63,440 nucleotides of DNA, filler included, from Diploschistes diacapsis (GCA_023645945.1; 8 parts of 8 records of this genome joined end to end with filler, not necessarily neighbours in it), one strand, 5' to 3'; positions 40,640 to 54,061 are shown, numbered from the whole stretch's first letter. Numbers and translations are program-made. The notes: generated by a model not told the origin, from the letters alone.

Positions 40640-42030
40640 TGTGGCTCTCGTCCTTCTTTTTCTCTTATTGGGAAAGCCCTTGCTAGTTTGTTGCCCTCCA
40701 TAATAGATGCTCAATGTCAGACAGCTTAATGGTACTTGGCGGTCTCAGTGGCACGGATAGGGTTGATGCATCCTTTGACTATGTTCTTATCAAAGGAGGC
40801 ACAGGTAGGCTGGCTATAGCTACGTACCCAGTAAGGAAACCCTGAGGGCCTTGCTATGATTGAAGCGGCATCACTTTATGAAGTTAGGAACCCAGTGCCG
40901 GCATCTACCACCCCTGAAGATGTTATCTTTTATGAATTGGACATCACTGACAACGATCCATTGGTAGATTGGAACTTCATTACTCAACCCCAGTCTGGAG
41001 TTTTGAACAAAATAGGACTCCACTTTGCAAGGGCCAGATGCCTCGGCGGAAGCTCTGCCCAAAACTTCATGATATCCCAGCGCCTAACGGCCCACAACCT
41101 TGAGGAGCGGGCCGACGCTGTAAACGACCCACCGTGGACACTTGACAACGTCTTCCCATACTGTAAATGGAGCTGTAAATTCACGCCGCCAACACCAACT
41201 AAATGAGGTCCGAATGCTAATGCCAGCTACGATGCAAGCGCATGCAGTCCTGGCGACGAACCTATTGATACCCTCCAGCGCCAACTATGCCGAAAATTTT
41301 AGCTCTTGGGTGGAAGAATCGATTGTTAAGATTAGTATCGATACAGGGGAGGACTTCAACAGCGACTCACTCATTGGCTGCCAATACTGCCCCAGCAGGA
41401 TTACGCTCAGCAAAATCGAGGGAGCCTCCTTACAAACTATCTTTTTAACTCCTTCGCCGACAATGAATACGTGGAAGTCTACTCCGCCACCCTCACCACC
41501 AATTTACTTTTTGGATCAACAACACCGCCACGGGGCGTCCAGCCATTCACACTCCATATCTCCTACGCCCTGTCGGTGACCTAATAAGTCACTAACCCAG
41601 CTGGCACCTTCCAATACCCACGACTCCTCATGTGCTTAAGCATTGGCCTGACGGATCAGCTTTCCGCACTAGGCATTTCCATCTTCGCGGACAGACCAGG
41701 CGTAGACCAAAACATGGCAGACCACATTCTTTGGCCGCGCCTACCGTGTCAAGTTATCGACCTCCACCATGCTCGCCAATAGTCTCCCCTGCACCGCCTC
41801 GGAGTTCGCAACAGAAGACATCCTCCTCCTATTGGACCCGCTCACAAACACCTGCGCCGAATTCCTAGGCTGGGAAAAGTCCCCTTTCTATTACCCCGAA
41901 AATCCACCGTCTCCACGTCCTCCGACCTCGCAAGCTTTCCTAGCAGACTAACCCGAGACTGCAGTCCATCTGCGCGGCTGGCCACGTCGGCAACTGTGGC
42001 GATCTATTCAGGAGCCAGCCAAACGATGGG
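40640..42030 (+). pseudogene. GMC (glucose-methanol-choline) oxidoreductase pseudogene
   Basis: Degenerate FDYVLIKGGTGRLAIA, IEAA, ARARCLGGSSAQNFMISQR, PGVDQNMADH motifs spread over several frames with stops; boundaries approximate. Confidence 0.85.
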
Positions 42031-42312
42031 TTACCAGTTACGCGCGACGATTCCAGCGGAAGCAGCAAACCGGACCGGCAGGCCCGCGCGTGGCCGAGAG
42101 TACAGGCGCGTGCGAGAAGGCGAAGGCGTTTTGCGAAGCGCGACCGTGCCAAAGGCGAGGAGTTAGGGGAGTGTTTTCTTTCCCGGCGCGGGAACTTGCG
42201 CCCGGAACGAGCAGGATTCTGCAAGATTTTATTTCGGGACACGCTAATGACGTTAGGCCCCTTTTCGCCTTTTTTTTTTTCTTCTTGCTCGAGGTGTGGG
42301 GCGCGTTTTCGC

Positions 42313-42333
42313 GCTGCTGCTGCTGCTGCTGCT
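42313..42333. repeat. (GCT)7 microsatellite
   Basis: Direct reading. Confidence 0.9.
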
Positions 42334-42947
42334 GCCGCCCGCTGGGACATGCGTAGAGCACGGTATACATTCCAGCTGAGCAGATTACGGATGTGGTTTT
42401 TTTTGAAGGGCAGTCAGTGAGTTTGCGGGTGTGAGCATGGAGAGAGCTTTGGGATACGTGAAAGTGGACCGTGGGGTGGGGAGGTGGAAGAGCAACGACG
42501 TACAACGATTAAAACAAGGTGTCTTTTTCACTGATGTAGAGTCTAAATCCAAAGATCTTTTGTCTTTACCACCAAAGCTTGTTCCGCGAACTTGAATTTC
42601 TTGCTGGTTACGTTTGCCCTTTGACATCTCCACTGCGTCTTCCGAAGCCTAGACATTGCCACAACTGGGACACCATCATACACCTCACGCTCTTCACATG
42701 GATGATGCACTTTGTGCCAGAGCTAATTTACATCTCCCCCTTTGACCTGCAGTCTCCCCACTTATATCCTTCCCACCGCCCGAAAACCAACCTCCGCCCC
42801 CCGCTTCTCCCTGCCCTTCACTTTTCCTTCTCCGTATTCCCTTCGTACCATCAAGAAATAACATCCGCCGCCTTCTGCGCCATTATGAAAATCGGCGCGA
42901 GTAGAAAAAAAATGCCCGGAAAATCCAGGAACACGATCGCGTTCCCC

Positions 42948-43047
42948 NNNNNNNNNNNNNNNNNNNNNNNNNNNNNNNNNNNNNNNNNNNNTTAATTAAT
43001 TAANNNNNNNNNNNNNNNNNNNNNNNNNNNNNNNNNNNNNNNNNNNN
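42948..43047. other. Artificial contig spacer
   Basis: 44 N + TTAATTAATTAA + 44 N. Confidence 0.99.
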
Positions 43048-43649
43048 GGATGAGGGAAGGGGAAGAGGCAGGAGGTTGAGGAGTGGAAAGGGGGTGGTTA
43101 CATGGTGTGGGAGTTGCGGGTGGAGGAGAGCATAGTGAGAGGAGGAGGGTAGAGAATAGGTGGAAAGTTTTCCGGAGTGAGCTTGAGGCGTACGTTGTTA
43201 GCGCGATGCAGAATAAGCGCCAGGGTCGAAACGGTGCGGTTAATTTTCCGGTTTCTTCTTGTTACCGAAAACATACCCGATTCTACACGAAAATCGTTAT
43301 AGTTCTTGCACACAAACTTCGAGAAGGAAGCGCAGCTCGATGTAAAAGCTCTGAATGTTTAGAGTTCAAGACCATTACAAAAAAGTCTCATCTGCAAGGC
43401 CAGCGGACAACTTCAGCACGTTCTTGCTGCAAAAGCATCCGTCTTACATTTCGGCAGGTGAGTATTTCTTTATTCAGTTAAGCAATGCACAAGAACACGC
43501 AAAGCAGTTTCAGGAAGTAAAGGAATAGGCATTTGTTCTATATATACATAAGAAAATACTGATTCGTGAGGGTATCTGGACAGCACTTGATTACAATAAC
43601 TACGTTGGGTATCACTCATTAGCTGCTTCACTTTGGCGAAGCGTTCCTC

Positions 43650-44570
43650 CCCACCGATCAGCCCACAGTATGGTCAGATAGAAGCCATTCCTCTTGACCG
43701 AGCCGTCCGCCGTGGCCTTGTACTGATAGCAGCCGGGAATGGTCGGGACCTGGATCGTAGCCTTGCCCACGGCGTCCGATATACTCTCGCCGCCGCCCGC
43801 AATAGTCGCACCCTCGCAAGGCGAGGGATTTCCTGAGCCATCGTTGCCAAAGACAGTACCACTACGTTCTGGATCCTGCTGGAGACGACCATGTGCTCCG
43901 GCGAGATGGCCAAAAAGGAGTCAGCGTTGAAGGCGTCGAAGGCCCGCCCCAAGATTGTTGACTAGTCTGCGCCGTCTGGCTGTGGAAGTGATGAAAAGGG
44001 TCCGAGAACTGTGTATCGTAAAGTGCCGTCGAAACCGAAACCATTTATCGCGGCGGCTTGCTGGATCTGCGTGGTACATGTCGCGCCAGGGCTCGGATTG
44101 CAACCGTCGTCTGTGCCGTCGCATTCGTGTGTATCGCCAGAAGGAGCCGTGGCTTCTTCCGGCCCAGAGGCAAGGCAGTTTTCAAAGACCGTGCCTTCGT
44201 TGCCTCCTTCGATGCGGAACCGTCCGTATGTCTGTCCGGTAGCGCAGCCGTAGTGCACGTAAACTGGCCGCTTTAGGAGACAACTGTCGGAGTCTGAATA
44301 CCGCAAGCTCACTTGTCGGGAATACATATAGTTTCTACTATATTGTGTGCAAGACGTGGCTGTGGCTGTAGCTTCAAAAGGTCGTTGTGGTGGTAACTGG
44401 CTGCAGACTTGGGGCGGTAACCGTAACGGTCGTTGTTTGAGTCGAAGTACTTGTTATAGCTCCTAGGAAGCAGCTGCACGTGCTGCTGACCTTCGCCAGG
44501 ATGGAGTCTCCGGAGCGGCCAGCAGACAGGTGCAACGGAATGGCTGGTGGAGCGTGCCACATGGCGAAGC
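43650..44570 (-). pseudogene. Frameshifted relic of a DUF4430-like (transcobalamin C-terminal-like) secreted protein
   Basis: RIEG..TVFE, SGDTHECDGT..NPSPGATCTT, GFGFDGT, YDTQFSD, TAQTSQQSWG, AFDAFNA and PGCYQYKA fragments in successive frames; Thr-rich stalk upstream; family recalled, not searched. Confidence 0.6.
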
Positions 44571-45221
44571 CATACTCAGCAGAGAGGCGTCGAGGATAGG
44601 ATGGTAACTGAGCCAGCATAAAAACGACAAATTGAGCGAACGAGAACTGAGCTAGACCGATGATGGGCTGTTCTAAGGGAAGCTGAGTTATGCCCCCTGA
44701 ATAACGTTCTTTTAACGTAGTCAATATATTAGCGCATCCTTCATCCTTCATTGGCTCTATCTACGACAAGCGCCCATCACAAATGCCCCAGCTGAGCTCA
44801 CAGAACCAACAAGCTTTCTACCTCCGTGCTACTCTGTGTTTGTCCAAAATTAAAGACTCATTTCTTAACGAAGCTCAGTAACCGCAATATCGAGCCTTGC
44901 AACGTAGATCCTGCCTTCCATACAGCGTCGAAACAAATCCCCAAAGTACTCGATCTCGTCCTCGGTCTGCAATGGAATACGAAAAACAATTATCCACTAC
45001 AGTGCACTGAAGCAAGTCGATCTGATTCTTCGCCTTTGATATGCAAGAGTCGTTCTCAACATGCAATGGGAAAAACTCGCGTGCTCGGTTTCGGGAGCTC
45101 GGAGTAAACACACTAAACCCTAATTCTTTTGCAACTGAAAGGTGCATTCTCTCGGTATCATTCAAGGTCTTGGGGATAACTCTCAGAACCCAGCGACTCA
45201 GAAAAGGCACTGTTCTGTCAC

Positions 45222-46618
45222 ATGGCGCGTCCAAGTTCTTCTGTGCAGCGTAACTTGACGCTGATGGAGGAGCTGGAGAAGCTGGAGCAATCTATTACAC
45301 TGACCTTGCAAGGTACGCGGCGACTACGCGCTTGTCCCTCCCACATTACTGAGCTTTCTACAGAAATTGACTCCAATTTCAGCCGCGCACATCGAATTGT
45401 AACTAGCAGTATCCTTCCGGTTGTAGACGACTATGCCAAACACTCGGAGAATGTCTGGGAGAGCTCAAAGGTCTGGGGCTTGTCCCAACCGATCCTTCCG
45501 CCGACTGACAACCTTCTAGTTCTGGAAGCAATTTTTCGAGGCCTCGGCAAACGTCTCGCTCAATAGCTATGAGGAGCCTGCTAACGAAGAAGAGACCGTG
45601 ACCGAGACCGATACTACCCAGACCGATCCAACAACCTCATCCTACTTGTCTACACCATCCCAGCAGCAAGCATCTGAGTTTGCAACGCCAAGTTCAGCAA
45701 GGACGTTTCCTGACTCCCACTTCGAAGAGTCACCAAATTTTGAGACTCCAGAACCCACGCCTCGAGGGGCCCGTAAGCCGCAGATGGAACCATATGCTTC
45801 CCCTTACGAGAAGCTCCGCCGTGAAGTCCAGGGCAATGGCGACCGTAGGGCGGAGTCGACACCGTCGTCTACCGTTCCCAGCACCCCTCGCAACCAGACC
45901 ATGTCGGAAGCCTCGGATGACTCGTCACCATTCATGCCTCCTTCGACAGCCCGTCATGTCAAGAAGCAGCCACAGGGACGCTCACCAGCAAACGATCCTC
46001 TTCTTCATCGTGTTCTGGACAAGAGCTACCGTATCCAAGCAACGCCTCATGCCCAGCCTCGGTTACCGCCTCATGGCACAGCCACACGCACTCCAGTAAC
46101 AGGCAGGCGTGCTCCTGTGAGAATAGGTGCGGATGATTTGGATTCCTCGCCCATGATGGAGGCACCGCAGCTCAACGCAGAGCTTTTCAACTCCCCAGCC
46201 AAGAATCGGCCTCCGAGAGTGCCTGGAGTGAGCGTTCTGACCCCAGCTAAAAAGAAGGCCACAGCCTATCCGGCAGAAGCAGACGTGGAACCGGAGTACA
46301 AAAATCATGGGAAAGCAAAGGCCAAGGCCTGGGACAGCGACAGCGAAGAAGATGACGACGACCTACTAGAAGGCATGAGTCCACCGAAGACGATGCAGTT
46401 CCATATCCCCCAGAGCAAATTGCTCAAGACACCTGGTGAATCCCATTCCTGCGAGGCTCCGATTGAGATCATTGGCTAATTTGAGTACAGCCAAGGAAGC
46501 AAGCAAGCGCATCGTGGATGACCTGCTCCTAACTGCTGGAGGCAGTATAACGGATGAATTCGATGACAGTCCGAGTGTTGTTGGGAAGGGTAGGTCGTTA
46601 GAGGATGACACATTTTGA
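45222..46618 (+). CDS. ASK1: DASH/Dam1 kinetochore complex subunit Ask1
   Basis: EELEKLEQSITLTLQ|EIDSNFSRAHRIVTSSILPVV..VWESSK|FWKQFFEASANVSL; 3 GT-AG introns; ends EDDTF*. Confidence 0.95.
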
Positions 46619-47035
46619 CGTTGTATAACACTACTCGTACGGACACTTTATGGGCCTGTGCTAGATAAGGATATTCCTGGATCCAACTCGCAACCAAGTT
46701 CTGGCTTGCAGACGTCGTGTATACTCCAAACACATGATGCAAAGTCGTTATTCAATGTATGTGCCTACTTTGCCTCCTCTACCCGCACGTGTTAACTCAC
46801 GCTATGGGCCAAGATGTCAGAGAGTACTGTCACCATGCCCCCTATATCAGACCCATTCATCCTCCATCTGTTTCTATTTATCTTCAAGCAAACGGGTTCT
46901 GTGAATCGTCCTAGCTCGTTTGTCTATCCGCATCCTTGAAGCTGGTTATCGGTGGCAATCTCCTCTGGACCTTTATATTCTAGCTCACGATTTGGGACAT
47001 CATAATCATCAACATCACGAAATCGAGACGTCACA

Positions 47036-48086
47036 ATGGCCAACAGGGGGTCAAGACACTGGCAATGGAAAGCACGAAACCCCTCTACTAAAGCACTGAC
47101 CGGGGCTGCCAAGACTGATCAAGGCAAAGATGGTGAGCAGGTGCCAGAAAACTGCCAGGTCAGGGCGAGTAGTAAAGGTCAAGACCTGATACCCAGCCCG
47201 CGTCCATCACCCCGCCGGATGACTTTCCTTGATCTTCCACCAGAGATACGCAATATAATCTATAGACTGGCTCTAGTCCGCACTGGCCATCTGAGCATCA
47301 TGTGCCGGGGCCTGTGCTGTACGCGGAGTTGCCGCTGCAGACTACACAGGCGCGTCATCCTGCAATCTCCCGTCACGGAGCCAATATACGCTCGAGTTCG
47401 CCGTGTCGTGGGCACAGAGGTACCCTTCACGATCGCGTATGAACCCTCGCACCGTGATGCAGATCCTTGCCTACCTGATTGGCAGATCATGGGCGTAAGT
47501 ACCAACCTTGCTTCTTCATCCCTACCATGCTTTTCAACTTCCGCAACGGTCGATAGCACTGACTCAAGATGAAGCTCGCTAATTCGTCAACAGGTATCGA
47601 CCCAAGTCCGGCGAGAATGCACACCAATCTTCTACGGCCTCAACACTCTCCGCCCCCTATGCCCTTGCATTCTTTTTCCCTTTCTCTCCGACCTCCCCGT
47701 CGCCAACCCCGGCTCCACCTCTTCTTCCGTGGCCTCCCTGCCGACAATAGCGTACCTGCGCCGTCTCCACCTCCAGATCTCCCTAACCCCTACCTTCGCC
47801 AACGACCCCGACCCGTACCCATACTCCGACAACAATCCGTTCCTTCACCAAGAGATCTCCTACAGCTCCCGCCTCTGGGCCGAGACCTTCTCGTATCTCG
47901 CCAAGCACGCCACCGGCCTCGAAGAAGTCGACATCGTTGTGCACGATTACAGACGGGAAGTGGATCCCCGGACAGAGACGTGGGACGAGTGGGACCCCAC
48001 TTTGTCTTGGGTGCAGGCTGCCGGCAGAATGAGGGGGCTTAAGGAACTGGGGTGGGTTTATGTCGTGCTGAAGAGGGGGGTAGGGG
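47036..48086 (+). CDS. Hypothetical protein with F-box-like motif, 3' end lost in gap
   Basis: TFLDLPPEIRNIIYRLAL; intron signals GTAAGT (~47495) to ..CAG (~47593); downstream frame open to gap. Confidence 0.6.
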
Positions 48087-48186
48087 NNNNNNNNNNNNNN
48101 NNNNNNNNNNNNNNNNNNNNNNNNNNNNNNTTAATTAATTAANNNNNNNNNNNNNNNNNNNNNNNNNNNNNNNNNNNNNNNNNNNN
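48087..48186. other. Artificial contig spacer
   Basis: 44 N + TTAATTAATTAA + 44 N. Confidence 0.99.
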
Positions 48187-48326
48187 GCGCTTCCATATTT
48201 GTACGAAGCTAAATCTGTTCTCAACTACACTACCCCGTTCTTCGGCCTTTAAGAAATACATTTTACGAAGGTGCAGGGATTGTGACCCGCTTCGTGGTGT
48301 GACCCGTTTCCTGGTGAAACACGTTA
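48187..48326. mobile_element. pogo-type transposon terminus (less RIP-mutated relative of the 38238-38313 end)
   Basis: GGGATTGTGACCCGCTTCGTGGTGTGACCCGTTTCCTGGTGAAACACGT-TA; aligns with 38238-38313. Confidence 0.75.
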
Positions 48327-48861
48327 GTATCTTCCCATGCTGACATCAACAGCCCTTCTTTGTCAACTTCACCCGTTAACTATGAATGTATCTTAGTTTT
48401 TAGCTGGTGAAAAAAGCATGATGATCCTTTGCTTCATACTCGAGCATCGACGCCTTGGGATGCTAAGCTGGTAGGCTAGCAAGCTGTATCCATGTGAGCT
48501 GGGAAAAGCTTCCCAATGGCGATTCGTTAGAGGTCAGACTTATTGGCTGTGCTTTCACTATGACATGTATTCGAATATCTGAAGATATTCCGATAAGATT
48601 CTTGTTTTCGCTTTTACATGAGTTGAGCTTACAGCTGCTTAAGCCATTTTGATCTTTCTTTCTACTGTTTCGAAATGCTATAGGACTGCCCCGTTCCATC
48701 GGCTTATCAATGAGTTTGGGTAGCCCAAAAGCCAAACAGGACTGGGACCAGACTTCTATGTGATACATATCAGAAAAGCTCTCCTGATTCTATTCCGACC
48801 ACAAATACTTCCAAGATATCGCACTTGTTCGAGTCTTTCGCTCCATCCATGCTCGATATAA

Positions 48862-50649
48862 ATGGTAGGTGTTCCAGGTAGATCCAAATGCTGCGTAAGT
48901 TCATAATCGTTGTGCATGTTCTTCCGAGCTGATTGCGTGTCAGCATACATGACGGCGCAGAAAGGTCAAAGTAAGCATGGGCCGCCAGCTCGCACGACTG
49001 GCGCTTCTTTCTAACGGCCCTAGTGCGATCTTGGAGTACCCAGCTGCCAAAGATGCATCAAGGCCCATCGAGAGTGCGAGGGCTATGCCAAGCATCCCAT
49101 CTTCCTGAACCGGACGGCGCGGGGTCTCATCAAAATGGTACCTTTAGAGGAGACCGTCACGAACGTGAATCGAGTCCCACCAAATGGAATGAACCGGGAC
49201 GACAACTTTTCGGTGGTTGCGGCCGCTTTATGGATGCCCCCAATCGTAAAAATTTCCGGCATGGAGATCACTGGTTTTGAAGGCCAATTTTGCCAATTGT
49301 ACGCACCCTCGCATTTCGTGCCAGGAGCAAACCGCCCGGGCGCTTATGTCATGATCGTCGTATCTACAATGACTTCAGCGCAGCGTGGAACCGCTCTTGA
49401 CTACGCGGTCCGAGCTCTCTGGATGTCAAGGTTGGGTAAAATCTACAATGATAAGAGGCTGACAGTGCAGGGAGAACTTGCTTACGGCGCTGGACTCCAC
49501 CATCTCCAGGAAGCTCTCTACGATAACCAATTAGCAGGAAAGGACAAGACTCTTGCAGCCGCATCGATTCTTAGCCTTTACAAGGTGAGGACATGTTGGG
49601 TCCGCCCCTGGATCAGCGATGCGGTCTGTTAAAGGTCACAACAGCCATATTCAAGGCCTCATTCGTTTGATTCAATGGCGCGGAAGGGCGGATGTAACCA
49701 TGAAGCTTCTGGGCCAACATATCATGGAGCTTTCCAGATGGAACGCTGTAGGCAATATCAACATGGAACATGAACGCGCTTAATTTGTACCTAGATAACC
49801 CACAGCATCCAATACCGCAAAAGATCTGTCCTTGGCGAGCCGCAATGGCGAGGTGATGCATGGATTACCATTACGGACATTGAGCAACGCGTCTACGATC
49901 GAGGTCTCGATACCGGTGCCCTTCTCGAGGACGTTGACTGGCTGGCCTACGTAGCCGAAACCCCGCGAGACTCCTCATCCGCCGCCACGTCTCCACCAAT
50001 GGATAGGGTCCAAGCAATCATCCGGCAAGTTGTAGAGCTTGATACTGGCCTCGAAACCTGGTACGAAAAGCTCGTCGCCTGGTCACCCTGCCCCATCTAC
50101 TGGGAAGAGGAGCCCCAGCTCTCCCAAGATAGCCCCGAGGAACCACGAAGGGTCATTTCCTTTCCCAACCTTCGCCTCTGCCATATGATGCTCGACTTCT
50201 GGAGCCTCCACACTATCGCTTCGACCGTCATGACCGCCCCCGCCCTGTGGGCCAAATTGTCTCCGTATTTCCAGGCTCTGCTGGCCCTAGTGCCCTTTGC
50301 TGAGAGGGTTGCAAGGCACAACCACAGCTTCATCCTCGAACTAGGGACTCTGACTATGGACGACGCACTCTACAGTCTTCGCCCCGGAATGGGGCTCTGT
50401 GGCCCGCACCATACCATCTTCGGCCTTCGAGTAGCTATGTTCTCTTTCCGGCTGTTGCCTGGCAAGTATGCGGCTATGCAGAATGCGAAGTGCGAGGCGC
50501 TGATGCACATGCTTGCAGATGAGAAAGGGTTGGATTTTGCAAGAGATCTCTCAAGTCCGGGAGGCGAGGGGAAGAACCAGGCGGAAACGATGGTCGAGAT
50601 GCGAAATTATATTTATTACCAAAATCCTGGGGAAGGGAAGAATATGTAA
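48862..50649 (+). pseudogene. Zn(II)2Cys6 transcription factor gene with in-frame TGA in the zinc cluster and a probable splice-acceptor deletion
   Basis: Spliced N-terminus MVGVPGRSKCC|HT*RRRKVK|CDLGVPSCQRCIKAHRECEGY, TGA at 48950-48952; HIQGLIRLIQWRG block unreachable in frame from donor at ~49585. Confidence 0.75.
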
Positions 50650-51193
50650 GGGGCAGCGGTATAAGAGATCGCTTTTAGGTATCAATCTGGATTGAATGCT
50701 TGATTGAAGGCTGGAGATGCATATACCCGCCGGAAGCTGCCAAGTCTGCATGGCGGCTTCTTCAAAGAATAGCCCATTGGAATGATACTTGTCAGCTGCT
50801 TCAAGGGAATGCCCCGGGCTTCAGGCACAAATCGAATCTTTATCGACCTTTGAAGTCCTCCCAAGTCATATCCAGTGTCAACATCACTCAAAGAATAAGA
50901 GCAGCACGTTCGTCTTATTCCTCTTCGGAACACAAGCATCTTTCGTTTATTAGTCGCCACAACCTTGGATTACCAAGGGAAGAGGGTGACACAAGAGTGC
51001 TCGATGCATGGTACTGCGTCATAGTTGAGATTCAGCTCTGTAATCAAAGCGGTTGGTATGATTTACGTCTAAGGACCCCGTGTTGATGTGGCACCTAGAG
51101 CTTCGGCGTTTGGGCTGGTGTTATCTGCGTCGCGTGTGGCTATGAGGTCCGCACGCACGCGACTAAGGAATATGCACAACCGACAGGAAATAC

Positions 51194-51315
51194 ATACGAT
51201 TGATGGAGGGACATGTACAACGGATGGGGAACTATATACGATTGATGGAGGAACAGATATGATCAACCGACGGAGGGACGTATGCGATGGAGAGAATATT
51301 CCACCGACGGAGGAA
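51194..51315 (+). repeat. Degenerate ~20-bp tandem repeat (core GAYGGAGGRAC, ~6 copies)
   Basis: Cores at ~51202, 51223, 51244, 51269, 51286, 51306; ATACGATTGATGGAGG occurs twice. Confidence 0.6.
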
Positions 51316-53212
51316 TGTGATGCCGCTAGTGTACTGCTCGCTCAGTGCAAGGAACAAGCATCTATGACGAGCCGCATGGGGTGATTGTGCCTTATGCTCT
51401 GCTTTGGTTTTTTTTTTCGTGGATCAGGGAGGGGTGGTTAGGCCACGCTGATGTGATGGTACCGTCTTACTGCGGAGGTATGCGTTTACGTCGCAAGGCT
51501 TCCACATATACTGAGTACTGTATGTAACTGGGCAAGCGAGGCTTACTATAACCTGAAACGAAGCCTTTGGTTGTATGGTACACGCCGTAACCGCGCAGCA
51601 CACAATTTCCCACCCTGAATGTCAGTTTCAGTTACAGTCATTGGCCCGAGAATCATTTCATAAGAATATATGCTCTCAGCATTATCCTGGTAACGTGTTC
51701 TCGTCCATCTTGATTTATTTGGCTATGTACTATGCTATCTACCGCCCAAGATTTCCCAAGGCGATGTACACCACACACATGGACACATGAAAAGCGAGCG
51801 TACGCAAGAAAAAACCCCCCCCCACCCAGCTGCTTGCGTTCCTTCCATCCTCCAAACAAAGCTGTCTCAATCCAGAAAGGAGCGACTGCGGTCAGTATCT
51901 CTTCCCTCATCTCCTCTCCTCTCCTCTCCTTCCTCCTTCTCTTTCCACCCCTCCCTCTCTATTCCTCAACCCCCACAGCACGGCGCACACCACGGACCCC
52001 CGGACTCCCCATCCCCACCCATTTGACGAATCTGTCTGTCGGGCTGATATGATACTCCGCCTCTTCTCTTCAATCACTTATTCCTTTTCACTACCTCTCT
52101 CGTTCTCAAAATCGTAGCCAGTGACCAGGAAAACCCGGCGGACGACCAACCAGAGCCCGGATTTCCATACCTCGAAAAAAAAAAAACAAAAACCCAGAAA
52201 ATAAAATAAAAAACAATAAGCATCCATTCCCCCACGGCGCGCACCCCGCCTCCCCAGCAGGAGGGCAAAACCGAGACACTTCCCCCCGCTCTCCACGCGG
52301 GACGCGTGGAGAGGGTGGTGTGTAACGTAACCCAACCAAAATTCTCCCCCTTTCCTTCCCTTCCCTTGCCTTGCCCCGCGTACCACCAAACGAAGGTGGG
52401 TTGAGTTTGACGGGAAAGTGGCGAAGGACGCAGAGGAAAATCACAAAGGGAAAAGGAAGAGGGGCGAGAAAACCTCCTCCCCCGCATCCGGGTCCCCCGA
52501 CGCCCCCTCTCCTCGACGAACACCGGGCCTCACGTCTGAGGGTGGTGGCGGAGGGAGTTGGACCCCATCTGTGTCTCTCTCTTATCTCGTTGGACGCAGA
52601 GATCGTAACGGTAACCGAGGTGGCGATCGAGATAAGAGGGTGGAGATGGATGGGGTCCGTTGAGCGTCGGAGCGGAGCGGGAATAGCGCTCGACCTCGAT
52701 CTCCGATTTCCGGATGGGAAAAGGAGAGAGGGAGGCTATGACGAAAGAAGGGGTCGGGCGTTCGCCGCGTACAAGCTGGGTGAAACCAAATTTTCAGATG
52801 ATATAGGAACTTGGTAGAGGGGGGGATAGCTGCAGACACCATCTGCACCCTGTGTGGACAGATGGGCAAGATGGTGCCGTCGTGGAAACCCGAGCGGTAT
52901 CCGGCATTTCGCATCCAGCACCAAGCATTTTTTTCGATGGCTGTAACGTAGCTTAGTGTAGTGTGGTGGACGTCGTCATGCTTGGACACCAAATTCCGAA
53001 TGCCAGAAACTGCTCAAGGTAAAACCGTCCCGCCGCTCAATCGCCCCCATCGATCTCCGTGCCAACAACCCACAGCAGAAAGCGCCGAAAGAGAAGCAAG
53101 TGAACACGCCGGAATCTGAATCAGTAACGTGACGCCGACTCGACGGCTTTGTTCAGTCGCTCCACTCTACCGGGCGCAGACGGTGAAGTGGCACGGAGAG
53201 AGGGGGGGAAGG

Positions 53213-53312
53213 NNNNNNNNNNNNNNNNNNNNNNNNNNNNNNNNNNNNNNNNNNNNTTAATTAATTAANNNNNNNNNNNNNNNNNNNNNNNNNNNNNNNN
53301 NNNNNNNNNNNN
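53213..53312. other. Artificial contig spacer
   Basis: 44 N + TTAATTAATTAA + 44 N. Confidence 0.99.
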
Positions 53313-54061
53313 CATAAATGTATCGGAGATGGCACGTTTGTAACGTAATATAACTGATATATATAATGTATATTAATTATTATAGGAACTAGATATGAGC
53401 TAAATAGCTTAATAGACACACTATATGTGACCGGGGTGGGGAGCAGGTGGTGCTCCCGAATCGGCCTGACATAAAACTTGTCAAGCATGTCGTTTTTGTA
53501 AGCAGCTACGCTCACGTTCATATCGAGACATTTGTTAAAGGATATAGCCACTACTGCTTTCGTGTGAAGGCCCGAGGGTGGCACCACTTGATAGCGATGG
53601 TCCAATTGTCTCTCTTCGTAATTCTGCCTAGAATCAAGCATGCATAAATCGGCGAAAATATAGCTCGCCGCCTTATATTGGGCTACTTCGAATGATATGC
53701 ACTGTGATAGTGGCGCAAGCCTTAGTGATGCAGTAAGGCTTATGCTATGCCACATTGAACATCTGGCCCTGTTACCTACAGTTGGAAACATGATTGCAGC
53801 GACGAGGCACACACGACAATGCACTATCCTGCTATGTAGCCACCATATATATTGTACTTCTAAATGTCGTCGCGGTCTTACAAACCAGGGGCTTGGTACG
53901 ACTGCCTTGGCTTAGGAAAGAGCAAACTCTAGACATATCATTCTTCAACTGTATTGGCAAGAGATATATTAATAGTAGGCTCTGATCATAACTGGCTGAG
54001 AGGGGAGCGAAGCCTTGCTCGCTAGCTATAGTCATTCAAAAGCTCATGTATTCAAGATTCC

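Noticed and set aside
53313..53420. AT-rich contig start ending in ..AGACA as an LTR end
   Set aside because: Too short, with no second copy or internal retroelement sequence in the window
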